Positions 38,267 through 49,316 of a stretch of DNA of 64,000 bases are shown in pieces. Each line of letters opens with the position of its first letter. Within the stretch, counting starts at the first letter, position 1. The position numbers and the translations under genes were made by a program. The stretch covers positions 32,001-96,000 of the forward strand of contig JBHGAY010000008.1 in the NCBI GenBank assembly GCA_041946735.1, given 5' to 3'. Origin of the DNA: Candidatus Eiseniibacteriota bacterium. Its GTDB lineage: Bacteria > Eisenbacteria > RBG-16-71-46 > CAIMUX01 > VGJL01. Under the pieces are notes generated by a model. That model was not told the DNA's origin, made no database searches, and was given only the letters and a program-made list of their open reading frames with translations.

Positions 38267-39541
38267 ATGATTCCTGCTTCGAGGATCCCGCCTCTGCTCG
38301 TCGCGGCCTTCGTCGCGGCGCTCCTCGGGTCGGTTCCGCCCCTGCAGCGGAGCGCGCGCGCGCAGGAGATCCCCGCGGGCGGGGAGTGCGCCACGATCCT
38401 CACCGAGGAGGGCGCTCGCCAGGCCATCGAGCGGGATGACCGCGGAGCGTACCGCCTCGACCCTCGCGACGCCGGTCCCTGGCAGGTGAGGACGGCGGTG
38501 CACGTGGTCCGGACCGACGAAGGGCTGGGCGGCCTGACGGAGCAGGAGGTCGAGCGGTCCCTCGAGAGGGCGAACGAGCACTTCGCCCCGCTCGGCATCT
38601 CCTTCGTGATGGAGGGGCCGATCGATCACATCGACAGCGACGCCTTCTACTACGACATCGACACCCTGGCGGAGATCGATCAGCTCCGCGAGACGAACGT
38701 CGTGGACCATGCGATGAACGTCTACTTCACGGAGAACCTCGCGAACGAGAACGGGTCGTTCTGCGGGATCTCCTCGTTCACCTGGAGCCCGCATCAGGGC
38801 GTTGTGATCATGAACGCCTGCATCCCGTCGATCTGGAACCCTTCCACCTTCAGCCACGAGGTGGGCCACTACTTCGACCTGTTTCACACCCACGAGACGG
38901 CCTACGGCCGCGAGTGCGTGGACGGCTCGAACTGCGGGACAGCCGGAGACCGTCTCTGCGACACGCCCGCCGATCCGGGCCTGAACCGCTGCGGCCCGAA
39001 CGGCAACGACTACTGCGTCGATCCGTACTGCGTCTACACCGGCGCCTTCGTCGATCCGTGCCATGGCGACCCCAACCATCCGGCGACCGACAACATGCTG
39101 GCGTACTCGAGGCCCACCTGCCGGACGGTCTTCACCCCGCAGCAGTCGGAGAAAGCGGCCGCAACGCTCGTGAATCTCCGGCCGGACCACATTCTCGATA
39201 CGTCGGGGGCGGAAGAGTGGACGGGCTCCGGGCAGGAGAGCAGCGGGCCGCCGCTGCTGCACGTCGCGGTCCGAAGCCCGGTCTCGCGGACGATCGCGTG
39301 CCGCATCGCGATCGCAGAGGATCGAGCCGTCACGGCGCGGCTCGTCGATGCGTCGGGGCGGACGGTCGCGCAGCTGACGAGCGCGGATGAGACGATGCCG
39401 GCCGGAACTCACGACCTGTTCTGGGACGTGGGCGGCCGGCTGCCGAGCGGGATCTACTTCCTACAAGTCGAAGCACGGCCGGCGTGGCAAGGCCCGACCA
39501 AGGCGGCGAAGGTCTCCCGGCCGATCGTCGTCGTGCGCTAG
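38267..39541 (+). CDS. Secreted M43 (pappalysin/ulilysin-like) zinc metalloprotease with a T9SS/FlgD-like C-terminal domain
   Basis: ATG 38267 after AAGGAG. Signal peptide, HEVGHYFDLFH (HExxHxxxxxH), GDRLCDTPADP, NMLAYS..C..FT..Q, DASGR..WD..LPSGIYF. Confidence 0.88.
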   Translation: MIPASRIPPLLVAAFVAALLGSVPPLQRSARAQEIPAGGECATILTEEGARQAIERDDRGAYRLDPRDAGPWQVRTAVHVVRTDEGLGGLTEQEVERSLERANEHFAPLGISFVMEGPIDHIDSDAFYYDIDTLAEIDQLRETNVVDHAMNVYFTENLANENGSFCGISSFTWSPHQGVVIMNACIPSIWNPSTFSHEVGHYFDLFHTHETAYGRECVDGSNCGTAGDRLCDTPADPGLNRCGPNGNDYCVDPYCVYTGAFVDPCHGDPNHPATDNMLAYSRPTCRTVFTPQQSEKAAATLVNLRPDHILDTSGAEEWTGSGQESSGPPLLHVAVRSPVSRTIACRIAIAEDRAVTARLVDASGRTVAQLTSADETMPAGTHDLFWDVGGRLPSGIYFLQVEARPAWQGPTKAAKVSRPIVVVR

Positions 39542-39581
39542 CCGGCCCGTCCCTCGGCCGCTTTGCGTCCTACCGATCCGG

Positions 39582-39959
39582 CTACGGCGCGACCGGCGGC
39601 GGCTCCATCACCGACAGGCGATTCCCCCACGGGTCGCGGAGATTCGCAATCGTCCCGTAGGGCTGCACGTTCAGCCCGCCGACCTGCTCGAACCCTGCCG
39701 TCAGCGCGCGGTCGAGAGCTGCCCGGACGTCCGGCACGCGGAAGGACACGATCGCTCCACCGCGGAACGGAACGGTCTGGTCCGCTCCATTCGTCTCCTT
39801 CAGCTCGGGGTCGGCGTGCAGCGCGACGTTACCGCCTTCGAGGGAGAACTCCACCCAGTCGCCGTCGGCGAGGAAGGGCTCTGTCTCGAACAGGCGGGAG
39901 TAGATCCGGGTCGCCTTCTTGGTGTCACCGACAAGGTAGAAGCTCACTCCGACTCGCAT
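39582..39959 (-). CDS. VOC / glyoxalase family protein
   Basis: DWVEFS...ALH, VSFRVPDV, QPYG..A.LRDPWGNRL. Confidence 0.85.
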   Translation of the reverse strand: MRVGVSFYLVGDTKKATRIYSRLFETEPFLADGDWVEFSLEGGNVALHADPELKETNGADQTVPFRGGAIVSFRVPDVRAALDRALTAGFEQVGGLNVQPYGTIANLRDPWGNRLSVMEPPPVAP

Positions 39960-39980
39960 CGATCCTCCACGCGGCAATCT

Positions 39981-42113
39981 TCAAGCGCCGTACTCTTCCT
40001 CGTAGGTCCTCTTCAACCGGTCGACGACGGCCGGGTCGGCGAGGGTGGTCGTATCGCCCAGCACCTTTCCCTCCGCGATGTCGCGCAGGAGGCGGCGCAT
40101 GATCTTTCCGCTGCGGGTCTTCGGCAAGTCGGCCGAGAAGATCACGTCCTCCGGGCGGGCGAGCGCGCCGATCCGGTCGGCGACGAAGTCCTTCAGCTGG
40201 CGCGCGAGATCGGGCCCCGCGCCCGCGGCTCCCTCCCGAAGCGAAACGAACGCGGCGATCGCCGTCCCCTTGACGTCGTGCGCCCTTCCGATGACCGCAG
40301 CCTCGGCGACCGAAGGGTGCTCGACCAGCGCGGACTCGACCTCCATCGTGCCGATGCGGTGGCCGGCCACGTTGATCACGTCGTCGACCCGCCCGAGAAC
40401 CCAGAAGTATCCATCGCGATCGCGCTTCGCTCCGTCTCCGGGGAAGTAGATCCCGGGCCACTTCGACCAGTACGTGGACCGAAAGCGTTCCTCGTCTCCG
40501 TAGATGCCGCGCATCATCGCCGGCCATGGCTCGCGAATCGCCAGGTATCCGCCGCCGATCTCGACCGTCCGGCCCTTCTCGTCGAGGATGTCCGCCGCGA
40601 TGCCGGGGAGCGGGCGCGCGCATGATCCCGGCTTCGTGACGGTGATGCCCGGGAGCGGCGAGATCAGGATCATTCCCGTTTCGGTCTGCCACCACGTGTC
40701 GACGATCGGGCATCGGCCGCCGCCGATCTTCTCGTGGTACCAGACCCACGCCTCGGGATTGATCGGCTCCCCGACGGTGCCGAGAAGCCGCAGGCTCGAG
40801 AGGTCGTGGCGGGCCGGCCACTCCTCCCCCCACTTCATGAAGGCGCGGATCGCGGTGGGCGCCGTGTAGAGGATCGTGACGCCATGATCCTCGATGATCT
40901 GCCAGAAGCGGTCCTTGTCCGGCCAGTCGGGAGCGCCCTCGTAGAGAAGCACGGTCGCTCCGTTCGCGAGGGGACCGTAGACGACGTAGGAGTGCCCGGT
41001 CACCCAGCCGATGTCGGCCGTGCACCAGTAGACGTCGTCCTCGCGCAGATCGAAGACCCAGCGCGTCGTCGCCGCGACCCCGGTCAGGTAGCCCCCCGTG
41101 GTGTGGACGATCCCCTTCGGTTTCCCGGTCGTCCCGGACGTATAGAGGATGTAGAGCATGTCCTCCGCGTCCATCGGCTCCGGCTCGCAGTAGTTCTCCG
41201 CTTCCTGGAGCAGCCGGTGGTACCAGTGGTCCCGCCCCTCTTTGACGCGCAACGGGAAGTCCCCCCGCTTGACGATCACGACGTGGCGGATCGAGGGGCA
41301 GCTCATCACGGCGTAGTCGGCATCGTGCTTGAGCGGCAGGAGGTTGCCGCGCCGGTAGGCGCCGTCGGCGGTGATGAGGAGCTTCGCCTGCGCATCCTGG
41401 ATCCGGTCGCGCAGAGCCTCCGCGCTGAAGCCGGCGAAGACGACGGTGTGAACCGCGCCGATCCGCGCGCAGGCGAGCATCGCGACGACCGCTTCGGGGA
41501 TCATCGGGAGGTAGATCGCCACACGGTCGCCCTTGGCGATGCCGAGCGAGCGCAGGGCGTTGGCGAAGCGATTGACGCCGCGGTAGAGGTCGAAGTAGGT
41601 GAGCGTCCGGCGCTCGCCCGGCTCACCTTCCCAGACGATCGCGGCATGGTTTCGATGAGGTCCGAGCGCGTGGCGATCGACGCAGTTGACCGAGGCGTTC
41701 AGCTTCCCGCCTTCGAACCAGCGGAAGTCGGGCGCCTCGCCGGTCAGCACCTTCCGCCACGGAGCGATCCAGTCGAGGCGGTGCGCCTCCTCCTCCCAGA
41801 AACCCTCACGGTCGTAGTCGGCCCGGTGATAGATCCCCTCGTCTCGCACGACCGCCTCCCGCGCGAAGGCGGGAGGCGGGGGATACGAGCGGGTCTCCTC
41901 GAGGAGAACGTCGATGCCGTCCGGCGTCGCGCCTCCGTCGTTCGGAGCCGATGCCGGCTCTGGGAGTGACGCGGACGCCGCGTCCGCCGCTGGCGTCGAG
42001 AGTCCCTTCGAAGCCGATCGCCGGTTCGCGCCTGCATCCTTGGGGGCGTGACCGTTCCCAGGCAACGGGGGAACGGACCCCGAGGAGCCCGATCCTCGTG
42101 AACTCTCGCTCAT
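39981..42113 (-). CDS. acs: Acetyl-CoA synthetase (AMP-forming), with a low-complexity N-terminal extension
   Basis: [68 protein letters not shown]. Confidence 0.97.
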   Translation of the reverse strand: MSESSRGSGSSGSVPPLPGNGHAPKDAGANRRSASKGLSTPAADAASASLPEPASAPNDGGATPDGIDVLLEETRSYPPPPAFAREAVVRDEGIYHRADYDREGFWEEEAHRLDWIAPWRKVLTGEAPDFRWFEGGKLNASVNCVDRHALGPHRNHAAIVWEGEPGERRTLTYFDLYRGVNRFANALRSLGIAKGDRVAIYLPMIPEAVVAMLACARIGAVHTVVFAGFSAEALRDRIQDAQAKLLITADGAYRRGNLLPLKHDADYAVMSCPSIRHVVIVKRGDFPLRVKEGRDHWYHRLLQEAENYCEPEPMDAEDMLYILYTSGTTGKPKGIVHTTGGYLTGVAATTRWVFDLREDDVYWCTADIGWVTGHSYVVYGPLANGATVLLYEGAPDWPDKDRFWQIIEDHGVTILYTAPTAIRAFMKWGEEWPARHDLSSLRLLGTVGEPINPEAWVWYHEKIGGGRCPIVDTWWQTETGMILISPLPGITVTKPGSCARPLPGIAADILDEKGRTVEIGGGYLAIREPWPAMMRGIYGDEERFRSTYWSKWPGIYFPGDGAKRDRDGYFWVLGRVDDVINVAGHRIGTMEVESALVEHPSVAEAAVIGRAHDVKGTAIAAFVSLREGAAGAGPDLARQLKDFVADRIGALARPEDVIFSADLPKTRSGKIMRRLLRDIAEGKVLGDTTTLADPAVVDRLKRTYEEEYGA

Positions 42114-42288
42114 GGAGCCTCCTCGTCCCCGCGGGCGGTCTCTGGGGAAACCGAGCAGGCTAGCGAGCGGGAGCGGCGCCGGTCAACGACGGCGGCGTCG
42201 CCCGCCTTACCGGCCGCGCCGGCCGCGCCGGAAGCTGCCTCCCGCTCGCCAACCGGCCGCGAAGCAGCATCGCCGCGGTCGCGACCGG

Positions 42289-43674
42289 TCACGTCCGCGG
42301 CGCGATGTTCTGGTTCATCCGGAACAGGTTCGTCGGATCGTACTTCGCCTTGATCTTCGCGAGCCGCTCGAGCGTCGCCGGCGGATACGCCTGCTTCACG
42401 CTCTCCTCGCCGGTGTCGCTCGGAAGGTTCACGTAGACGCCGGCGCTGAACGGCGCCGTCGCTTCGTGCAGTCCGCGCACCCACGCGAGGCACTCCGCAT
42501 CCTGAGCCGGGTCGCGCCACCGGGTGTGGATGTTCATCAGATAGGGAACGTCCCGATGCGCGTACGCGGTCGCTTCCACCGGCACTCGGGAAGGCGCTCC
42601 ACCCATTTGTGCGATGAGGATCTCGCACTCGTCCGAGGGGAGACTCTTGGCGCCTTCGAGAATCGCATCGACGAAGCCGTCCGGAGTCCCGGTCAGATGG
42701 TGCGACTTCCAGTAGTTGCGGGCGCCGTGCTCGGCCAGCGGATCGAGGCCCGACTGCCAGGCTGTCCACGGCTGTGTGCCGATCGCCTCGCCGAGCGACG
42801 GAGTCGCGTTGCGAAGCGGATCGATCGCGTCCTTCCCTTCGGCGGGATCGCCGGCCCAGGCGAAGGCGACGACGACGATGAGCTTCCCGTGCGCCTCGGA
42901 GGGCAGGAACGGCAGGGGCGGCGCCTTGCGAACGACGTTCCAGACGGTCAGATCGTCCGGCGCGCTCGCGAGGAAGTCGCGCTGGAAAGCGAAGTACGGC
43001 TTCGCGTCCTCGAACCGCTTCACGATCAGGCCGGCGAACACGTCAGGCCCGTGAGGATCGCACCGGAAGTCGAAGCGCGTCACGACGCCGAAGTTTCCTC
43101 CCCCTCCACGGATCGCCCAGAAGAGATCGGCGTTCTCGCCCTCACTCGCCGTCCGGACTTCGCCGTCCGCCGTTACGACCTCCGCGGAGAGAAGATGATC
43201 GATCGTCAGGCCGTACTTGCGGCTGATCCACCCGAAGCCGCCGCCGAGTGTGAGGCCTCCGATGCCGGTATGGGAGATCACGCCCGCGGGCACGGCGAGG
43301 CGGTGCGACGACGTCGCGGCATCGAGATCGCGGAGGAGCGCTCCGCCGCCGGTCGACGCCCTCCGCTGCTCCGCATCGACCCGCACGGACCTCATCGGAG
43401 AGAGGTCGAGCGTGAGGCCGCCGTCGCAGACGGAGAGGCAGGCAGCGCTGTGGCCGCCGGCCTTGACGGCAAGGAGAACGCCGCGGTCTCGCGCGAAGTC
43501 GATTCCGGCGGCGACGTCGCTCGCATTGGTGCACTGCAGGATGGCCGCCGGCCGGCGCTCGATCATCCCGTTCCACATCGCGCGCGCCTCGTCGTACCCC
43601 GCTTCGCCGGGGAGCAGGAGTCGCGCTCCATCCCTTTCTCGCAGAGCCGTGAAGTCCAGATTGGAAACCGCCAT
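42289..43674 (-). CDS. FAD-binding oxidoreductase (BBE-like / vanillyl alcohol oxidase superfamily)
   Basis: GYDEARAMWNG, AGGHS (FAD-linking His), GIGGLTLGGGFG, DLFWAIRGGGGNFGVVT, YVN, KAKYDPTNLFR. Confidence 0.93.
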   Translation of the reverse strand: MAVSNLDFTALRERDGARLLLPGEAGYDEARAMWNGMIERRPAAILQCTNASDVAAGIDFARDRGVLLAVKAGGHSAACLSVCDGGLTLDLSPMRSVRVDAEQRRASTGGGALLRDLDAATSSHRLAVPAGVISHTGIGGLTLGGGFGWISRKYGLTIDHLLSAEVVTADGEVRTASEGENADLFWAIRGGGGNFGVVTRFDFRCDPHGPDVFAGLIVKRFEDAKPYFAFQRDFLASAPDDLTVWNVVRKAPPLPFLPSEAHGKLIVVVAFAWAGDPAEGKDAIDPLRNATPSLGEAIGTQPWTAWQSGLDPLAEHGARNYWKSHHLTGTPDGFVDAILEGAKSLPSDECEILIAQMGGAPSRVPVEATAYAHRDVPYLMNIHTRWRDPAQDAECLAWVRGLHEATAPFSAGVYVNLPSDTGEESVKQAYPPATLERLAKIKAKYDPTNLFRMNQNIAPRT

Positions 43675-44050
43675 GGTGAAATCCTCCCCGGTTGCGCGGC
43701 GCTCACGCGGCGTCGCGCATGGTGAGAACGGATACGGTGGCCGGCTTGGATCGCCGGTGGCTAGTCATGGGAACGGGAGAGGATAGCAGACGGCTTGGGG
43801 TTCCACCCTGGGAAAGCGCCATCGCGACCCCCGAACGGCCGCGCGGCCTCCGGACCGAGCCGGTTGCCCGTTGCCGCTCGATCCTGTCGAACCGGCGAAG
43901 GCGAGCAGGCTCCTCGCCCGCGTCGCGACGTGCCGCTTTCGCCACTCGCAACGCGACGTATACTGCCCGCGGTCGAGAGGCAGCTCCAGCGGCGGGGATC
44001 GGAGTGGCCCCGAGCGCCGAACCGGCGGATGCGGGAGGGAGGGAGGGACG

Positions 44051-44887
44051 ATGAGGATCGTGAGCCTTCACGACCGCGGCAGGATCGAGAGGTTCCTGCG
44101 TCGCGATCCTGGTCTCCATCTCTACGCGCTCGGGGATCTCGATGACTTCTTCTGGCCCTCGACCGTCTGGCTGGGAATCGAGGACGACGATACGACCGCG
44201 CAACGCGGAGCGCCCGAGCTTCGGGAGGTTGCACTGCTCTACGTCGCTCCGCGGCCGCCCGTCCTGCTGCTGTTCAGCGAGGAGCCGGGTGCGCTTGCCG
44301 CCCGCGCCCTGCTGCGCGGGATCCTTTCCGTCCTGCCGCGCGAGGTCTACGCGCACCTCTCTCCAGGGCTCGCGGCGATCGTGACCGACGCCTTTCATCC
44401 GGATCCGCACGGAGAGCACGTGCGAATGGTCTGGAGGGATCGCGCGGCGGCTGGGCGAGTCGATGTCTCCGGCGCCGTGCGACTCGGTCCCGCCGATGCG
44501 CCGGCGCTCGATCGTCTCTATCGCGAAAGCTATCCTGGAAACTGGTTCGATCCGCGCATGCTCGAAACGGGCCACACGTGGGGCGTGCGGTCAGGCGGGA
44601 GGATCGTCAGCGTCGCGGGGCTTCACGTCTACTCGGCCGCGCATCGGGTCGCGGCGATCGGCAACGTCGCCACGCATCCCGACTTCAGGCGGCGCGGTCT
44701 CGGCACCGCCGTCTGCGCGCGGCTGTGTCTCGATCTCGCCGGCGAGTGCGAGACGATCGGGCTGAATGTGAAGGCGGACAATGCAACCGCGGTCCGGAGC
44801 TACGAGAGGATCGGATTCGTGGCGGCCACTCGCTATGAGGAGTACTCCCTCACTGCGATCACAAACACAGCGCCGGCGCCCGAGTGA
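44051..44887 (+). CDS. GNAT family N-acetyltransferase (FR47-like)
   Basis: IGNVATHPDFRRRGLG, LNVKADNATAVRSYERIGF. Confidence 0.9.
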   Translation: MRIVSLHDRGRIERFLRRDPGLHLYALGDLDDFFWPSTVWLGIEDDDTTAQRGAPELREVALLYVAPRPPVLLLFSEEPGALAARALLRGILSVLPREVYAHLSPGLAAIVTDAFHPDPHGEHVRMVWRDRAAAGRVDVSGAVRLGPADAPALDRLYRESYPGNWFDPRMLETGHTWGVRSGGRIVSVAGLHVYSAAHRVAAIGNVATHPDFRRRGLGTAVCARLCLDLAGECETIGLNVKADNATAVRSYERIGFVAATRYEEYSLTAITNTAPAPE

Positions 44888-44962
44888 TCGAGGGCATCGA
44901 TCCGATCGAGCGCCGGCGGGACGGGCTGGCGGGCGGGCGGGACGTTGCGCGAAGGCGCCTGG

Positions 44963-45559
44963 TCAGGGCGCCGGGGCGTAGTACGGGTTGCGCCCTGCGG
45001 CGTGGTCGGTCGTGTCGAGGATCGCGCCCACCTCGGGGACCGCTTCACGGATCGCCCGCTCGATCCCGAGCTTGAGCGTCATCTTGGCCGCGCCGCACCC
45101 CTGGCAGCCGCCGCCGAGCCGCAGGAAGACCTCGTTCCCCTTCACGTCGATCAGCTCGCACATTCCGCCATGGGACGCGATGGCCGGGTTGATCTCGTTG
45201 GCGAGGAGAGTCTCGACCTTCCAGCGGATCACTTCCTCCGACGGGAGGTTCCTGGCGATCTCATCGGAGATCGCAGGCCGGCCCGAGGTGAGGACGTTGC
45301 GGATGGCGCCGCCGATCTGCTTGGCGATCGGGCGCCAATCCTCCACACCCATGGTCGTGACGGTCACGATGTTGTCTTGCACCAGGACCGACCGGACGCC
45401 TTCGATCGCGAAGAGCTCCTCGATCAGCGGGGATCCCGGCGCCTTCTCCGGCGAGCCGAAATAGAACGACCGGCCGGGATAGACCGGCTGGCTCACGGCG
45501 AAGCGGCACGACTCGAAGTCCAGGGGCTCGGCGGTGATCTTGATATCCTGCGGATCCAT
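44963..45559 (-). CDS. NfuA/NifU-like Fe-S cluster carrier (Nfu_N + NifU C-terminal domain)
   Basis: SPLIEELFAIEGV, INPAIASHGG, LGGGCQGC (CxxC), TDHAAGRNPYY. Confidence 0.92.
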   Translation of the reverse strand: MDPQDIKITAEPLDFESCRFAVSQPVYPGRSFYFGSPEKAPGSPLIEELFAIEGVRSVLVQDNIVTVTTMGVEDWRPIAKQIGGAIRNVLTSGRPAISDEIARNLPSEEVIRWKVETLLANEINPAIASHGGMCELIDVKGNEVFLRLGGGCQGCGAAKMTLKLGIERAIREAVPEVGAILDTTDHAAGRNPYYAPAP

Positions 45560-45696
45560 CCTCTTCCTTCCCGCGCGGGGCTTCCGCGCCCTTGTTCGCG
45601 GCGACCGCCGCTTCCGTTGCAGTATAGGGGGGAGGCGGCGACCCCCCAACCACCGAAAACAAGGCCGGCTCGGGGGTGGTTCCGGGCGCGAGGGCG

Positions 45697-45779
45697 GCGC
45701 GACAGGATGCGCGACAGGGACGCGATCTGTGACCGCGAAACGCTTTGCGCCGCGAAACGCTCGGCGACCGCAAAACGCT
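45697..45779. repeat. Direct repeats in the divergent nfu/gluconokinase region
   Basis: gcgcgacagg x2 (45697, 45709). ccgc(g/a)aaacgct x3 (45733, 45750, 45768). Confidence 0.65.
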
Positions 45780-45830
45780 CCGCGAATCGGTAGCCGCCGG
45801 GCATCCGACGCGTTCCGCTAGACTTTGCTC

Positions 45831-46385
45831 ATGGCTTCTCCTCCTGCCGATCAAGGCGCGGCTGCTCCGCGACTCTCGACCACGCCTCCGCTCGTCCTCG
45901 TGCTGATGGGCGTCTCGGGTGTCGGAAAGACAACGCTAGGGTTGGAGTTGGCTGCGACCCTTGGTTGGGATTTCGTCGAGGGGGACGCCTTCCACTCCGC
46001 CGCCAACGTGGAGAAGATGAGCCGCGGCATCCCGCTCGACGATGACGATCGCCGCCCCTGGCTCGATGCGCTCGCGCGAGTGATCGCCGATCGCATCCGG
46101 AAGGGCAAGCGGTCGATCGTCGCCTGCTCCGCGCTGAAGAGGAAATACCGGGAGCGACTGAGGGACGGTTCGGATCGAGTCGGCTTCGTCCATCTCGAGG
46201 CGGATTACGAGTCGATCGCCCGCCGCCTGCGATCGCGCTACGGCCACTTCGCCAAGGTGGACCTGCTGGCGAGCCAATTCGAGACGCTCGAGGCCCCGGA
46301 GCCGGACGAGGGGGTCCTCGTGATCGACGCGATGGCCGATCCGCGTGAATCGATCCGGAGAATCCGCGAAGCCTTCGGGGTCTGA
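45831..46385 (+). CDS. gntK: Gluconokinase (GntK/IdnK type)
   Basis: MGVSGVGKTT (P-loop), EGDAFH..NVEKMSRGIPLDDDDR.PWL, ACSALKRKYR, SQFETLEAP. Confidence 0.93.
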   Translation: MASPPADQGAAAPRLSTTPPLVLVLMGVSGVGKTTLGLELAATLGWDFVEGDAFHSAANVEKMSRGIPLDDDDRRPWLDALARVIADRIRKGKRSIVACSALKRKYRERLRDGSDRVGFVHLEADYESIARRLRSRYGHFAKVDLLASQFETLEAPEPDEGVLVIDAMADPRESIRRIREAFGV

Positions 46386-46504
46386 GCCGCACGAAGCCGC
46401 ATCGGAGCGACGTCTGAGCCGCGGCTGGACCCGCCCACCCTCTCCCGGTATACTTTCCCACGGCATTCCGACAGCCCTTTCTCATTCCAGCAGAGGAGAA
46501 CAAG

Positions 46505-48292
46505 ATGACCTCGTTCCGTGCCGCTCTCTGCTCCGTGGCCGGCGTCGCTCTGGCCGCGAGCCTCCCGCTCATCGCATCCGGCTCCTCCTCCCCGCGCATC
46601 GAGCTCGGAAGGTCCGTCTCCGACCCGGCGCCGGCGAGGGGCCCGTCCTCCGTATGGACGCCCGCCGGCCCGGCAGCCGGCGCTGCGGGCGATCGATCGT
46701 GGCCGGTCGGCCTCGTCAATCCGATCGGATCCCCCGTCTTCTGCGACGTCGATGGCGATGGCCTCGACGAGGTCGCCGTCGGGGGCGAGACGCGCGCGCT
46801 GCTGCTCGACACCCAAGGCAACCCGAAGCCCGGGTGGCCACAACCGATGGGCGAGACGAACCACGCTCCGGCGATCGGGGACATCGACGGCGACGCGACG
46901 ATGGAGATCGTCTTCACCGTCTGCGGCATCCCGCCGCAGATCTGGGCCTTCGAGGTCGACGGGAGCTTGCAGCCCGGCTTCCCGATCGACCTTCCGTTCC
47001 ACAACTGGCTGAACGTCAGCGGTCCGGCGCTCGCCGATCTGGACGGCGACGGCGACCTCGACGTCGGGGCGGCCGCCGAACTGGGTATCTACTTCTTTGA
47101 TGGCTCGGGACGTCCTCTGGAAGGCTGGCCGTACCTCTGGATCGCGCCGCAGCAGAACATCCAGTGGTCCTGTCCGTCGATCGCCGACATTGACGGCGAC
47201 GGGCTTCTCGAGATCGCGTGCGCCAACAACAGCCTCTATTACGAGTCGGTGCACGTCGTCGACTGCTTCGCCCAACCCGAGCCCGGCTGGCCGACCTACG
47301 ACATCGAGCCGGTTTTCGCGTCGACTGCGCTCGCCGACCTCGATGGCGACGGGGACTACGAGGTGATCGCGAAGGACGGGGAGAACACCTGGATCGGCCA
47401 CCGGCTCTACGTCTGGCATCATGACGGCACGCCGATGGCCGGTTTCCCGATGTCGATCTGCGAGGACTGGGTTTCCTCGCGCTCGAACCCCTCGGTCGGA
47501 GACGTGCAGGGGGACGGCGTCCTGGAGATCGTGACCGCGACGTGCGATGGAAACGTGCACGTCATCCGCCCCGACGCTCACGAGCTTCCCGGATGGCCCA
47601 AAGCGCTCACGCCAAACGGCTCGATCTCGACTCCCGCTTTGGCCGACGTCGATGCCGACGGGCAGCAGGAGATCTTCCTCTGCTACTGGCAGGACTACTC
47701 CCAGTATGTCGGCGGCTGGAATCTCGACGGGACGGTGGTGCCTGGCTTCCCGAAGTTGCTGCTGGCGGGGACCGAATGGGACGCGCACGGCTCGCCTCAC
47801 GTCGCCGACTTCGATCATGACGGCCGCTTCGAGGTCGCTGCGTGCGGGACGAACTGGACGAGCGGGAATGTCTGCGTCTTTCCGATCGAGGGGTCCGTCT
47901 ACACGCCCGGCGTCACGGTCTGCGAGTGGCCGAAGATCCGGCGGGACCTCGCCGCGACCGGGACCTATCCGGCCCTCGATCCCGCGGGGATCGGCGATCC
48001 GGCCGTCTTCGCAGCCGGTTCCTTCGCTGTCTGGCCGAACCCCGCAGGCCCTTCGGTCGTCGAGTTGCGGTACGCCGCGCGCGGACTTGCTTCTCCCGCG
48101 GCCGGCCTCCTCCGCGCGTTCGATCCTCTTGGCCGGGCCGTCGGCGCCGTCCAGGTGGGAGCGGCCGGAACGATCGCAATCCGTGACCTGTTCGGCGGCG
48201 ACGGCAGCCCGGCGAGCGGAATCTACTGGCTGCGCTGGGAGCCGAGGAGTGGCGCCCCGCGGTCGACGCGCTGGATCCGGCTTGCTGATTGA
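46505..48292 (+). CDS. Secreted FG-GAP/VCBS-repeat beta-propeller protein with a T9SS-like C-terminal domain
   Basis: Multiple PAxxDxDGDGxxE repeats each followed by PGWP/PGFP. WPNP..DPLGR..SGIYW at the C-terminus. Confidence 0.85.
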   Translation: MTSFRAALCSVAGVALAASLPLIASGSSSPRIELGRSVSDPAPARGPSSVWTPAGPAAGAAGDRSWPVGLVNPIGSPVFCDVDGDGLDEVAVGGETRALLLDTQGNPKPGWPQPMGETNHAPAIGDIDGDATMEIVFTVCGIPPQIWAFEVDGSLQPGFPIDLPFHNWLNVSGPALADLDGDGDLDVGAAAELGIYFFDGSGRPLEGWPYLWIAPQQNIQWSCPSIADIDGDGLLEIACANNSLYYESVHVVDCFAQPEPGWPTYDIEPVFASTALADLDGDGDYEVIAKDGENTWIGHRLYVWHHDGTPMAGFPMSICEDWVSSRSNPSVGDVQGDGVLEIVTATCDGNVHVIRPDAHELPGWPKALTPNGSISTPALADVDADGQQEIFLCYWQDYSQYVGGWNLDGTVVPGFPKLLLAGTEWDAHGSPHVADFDHDGRFEVAACGTNWTSGNVCVFPIEGSVYTPGVTVCEWPKIRRDLAATGTYPALDPAGIGDPAVFAAGSFAVWPNPAGPSVVELRYAARGLASPAAGLLRAFDPLGRAVGAVQVGAAGTIAIRDLFGGDGSPASGIYWLRWEPRSGAPRSTRWIRLAD

Positions 48293-48392
48293 TCTTGAGC
48301 CTTGACCGATCGGTCGTAGAATCCACTCTCGTTGCCGCGCTTCGCGCCCCGAGGTCCGGCGGGATCCGGTCCCCGGGGCGCGAAGCGCTTTC

Positions 48393-49316
48393 GTGGAAGT
48401 CTTGCGGAGCGGCGCCCGCGGCGGGCGGATTGCGAGGAGGTCTGTGGCGATGGGCAGGACGGCCGGGCGGCAGGCGCGCCCGAACGCGAAGGGTCGAGCG
48501 GCGGCGGTGACGGACCGGCACATGCTCTACGAGGCCGCCGTGCAATCGGTCGACTACGAACTGGACTTCTTCCAACGCGTGTTCCGCACCCGCCGCGGGA
48601 GGACGTTCCATCGCCTTCGCGAGGACTTCTGCGGCACCGGCCTGCTCGCTTGTCATTGGGTGGCGCGCAGTCCGAGCCATCAGGCGTGGGGCGTGGACAT
48701 CCATCGCCCGACGCTGGAATGGGGCGAGCGAGAGCACGCTTCCCGTCTCGGCTCCGCGCGCCCGCGCTTGACGCTGTTGTGCGAAGACGTCCGCACGGTG
48801 CGCGCTCCCCAGACCGACGTGGTCGTGGCGCTCAACTACTCGTACTCGGTCTTCAAGGACCGCTCCGTCCTCCGCGACTACTTCCGCAAGGTTTGCGCCT
48901 CTCTGGCGCCAGACGGTCTATTCTTCCTGGACGCCTTCGGAGGTACGGAGGCGACGAACCAAGGCTCGGAGGACAGGAAGGTGAAGCCGTCCGTCCGCCC
49001 GGACGGGACCAAGGTTCCGGGCTTCACCTACGTCTGGGAGCAGGCGAGCTTCAACCCGATCGACCATCACATCCGCTGCTACATCCACTTTCGCTTCCCG
49101 GACGGGAGGAAGATGGAGCGCGCGTTCCGCTACGACTGGCGCTTCTGGACGCTTCCGGAGCTGCAGGAGATCCTGCTCGAGGCCGGGTTCCGCTCCGCCG
49201 AGGTCTACCTGGAGGGATGGGACGACGAGGCCGACGAGGCGGACGGCATCTATCGCAGGCGGAAGCGCTTCGAAGAGATGGCGGGATGGGTCGCCTACGT
49301 GGTCGGGCTGCGATGA
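48393..49316 (+). CDS. Class I SAM-dependent methyltransferase (start uncertain, possibly 48450)
   Basis: DRHMLYEAAVQ, LREDFCGTG, GVDI, ALNYSY, YVWEQ, FRYDWRFWTLPEL. Confidence 0.85.
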   Translation: MEVLRSGARGGRIARRSVAMGRTAGRQARPNAKGRAAAVTDRHMLYEAAVQSVDYELDFFQRVFRTRRGRTFHRLREDFCGTGLLACHWVARSPSHQAWGVDIHRPTLEWGEREHASRLGSARPRLTLLCEDVRTVRAPQTDVVVALNYSYSVFKDRSVLRDYFRKVCASLAPDGLFFLDAFGGTEATNQGSEDRKVKPSVRPDGTKVPGFTYVWEQASFNPIDHHIRCYIHFRFPDGRKMERAFRYDWRFWTLPELQEILLEAGFRSAEVYLEGWDDEADEADGIYRRRKRFEEMAGWVAYVVGLR

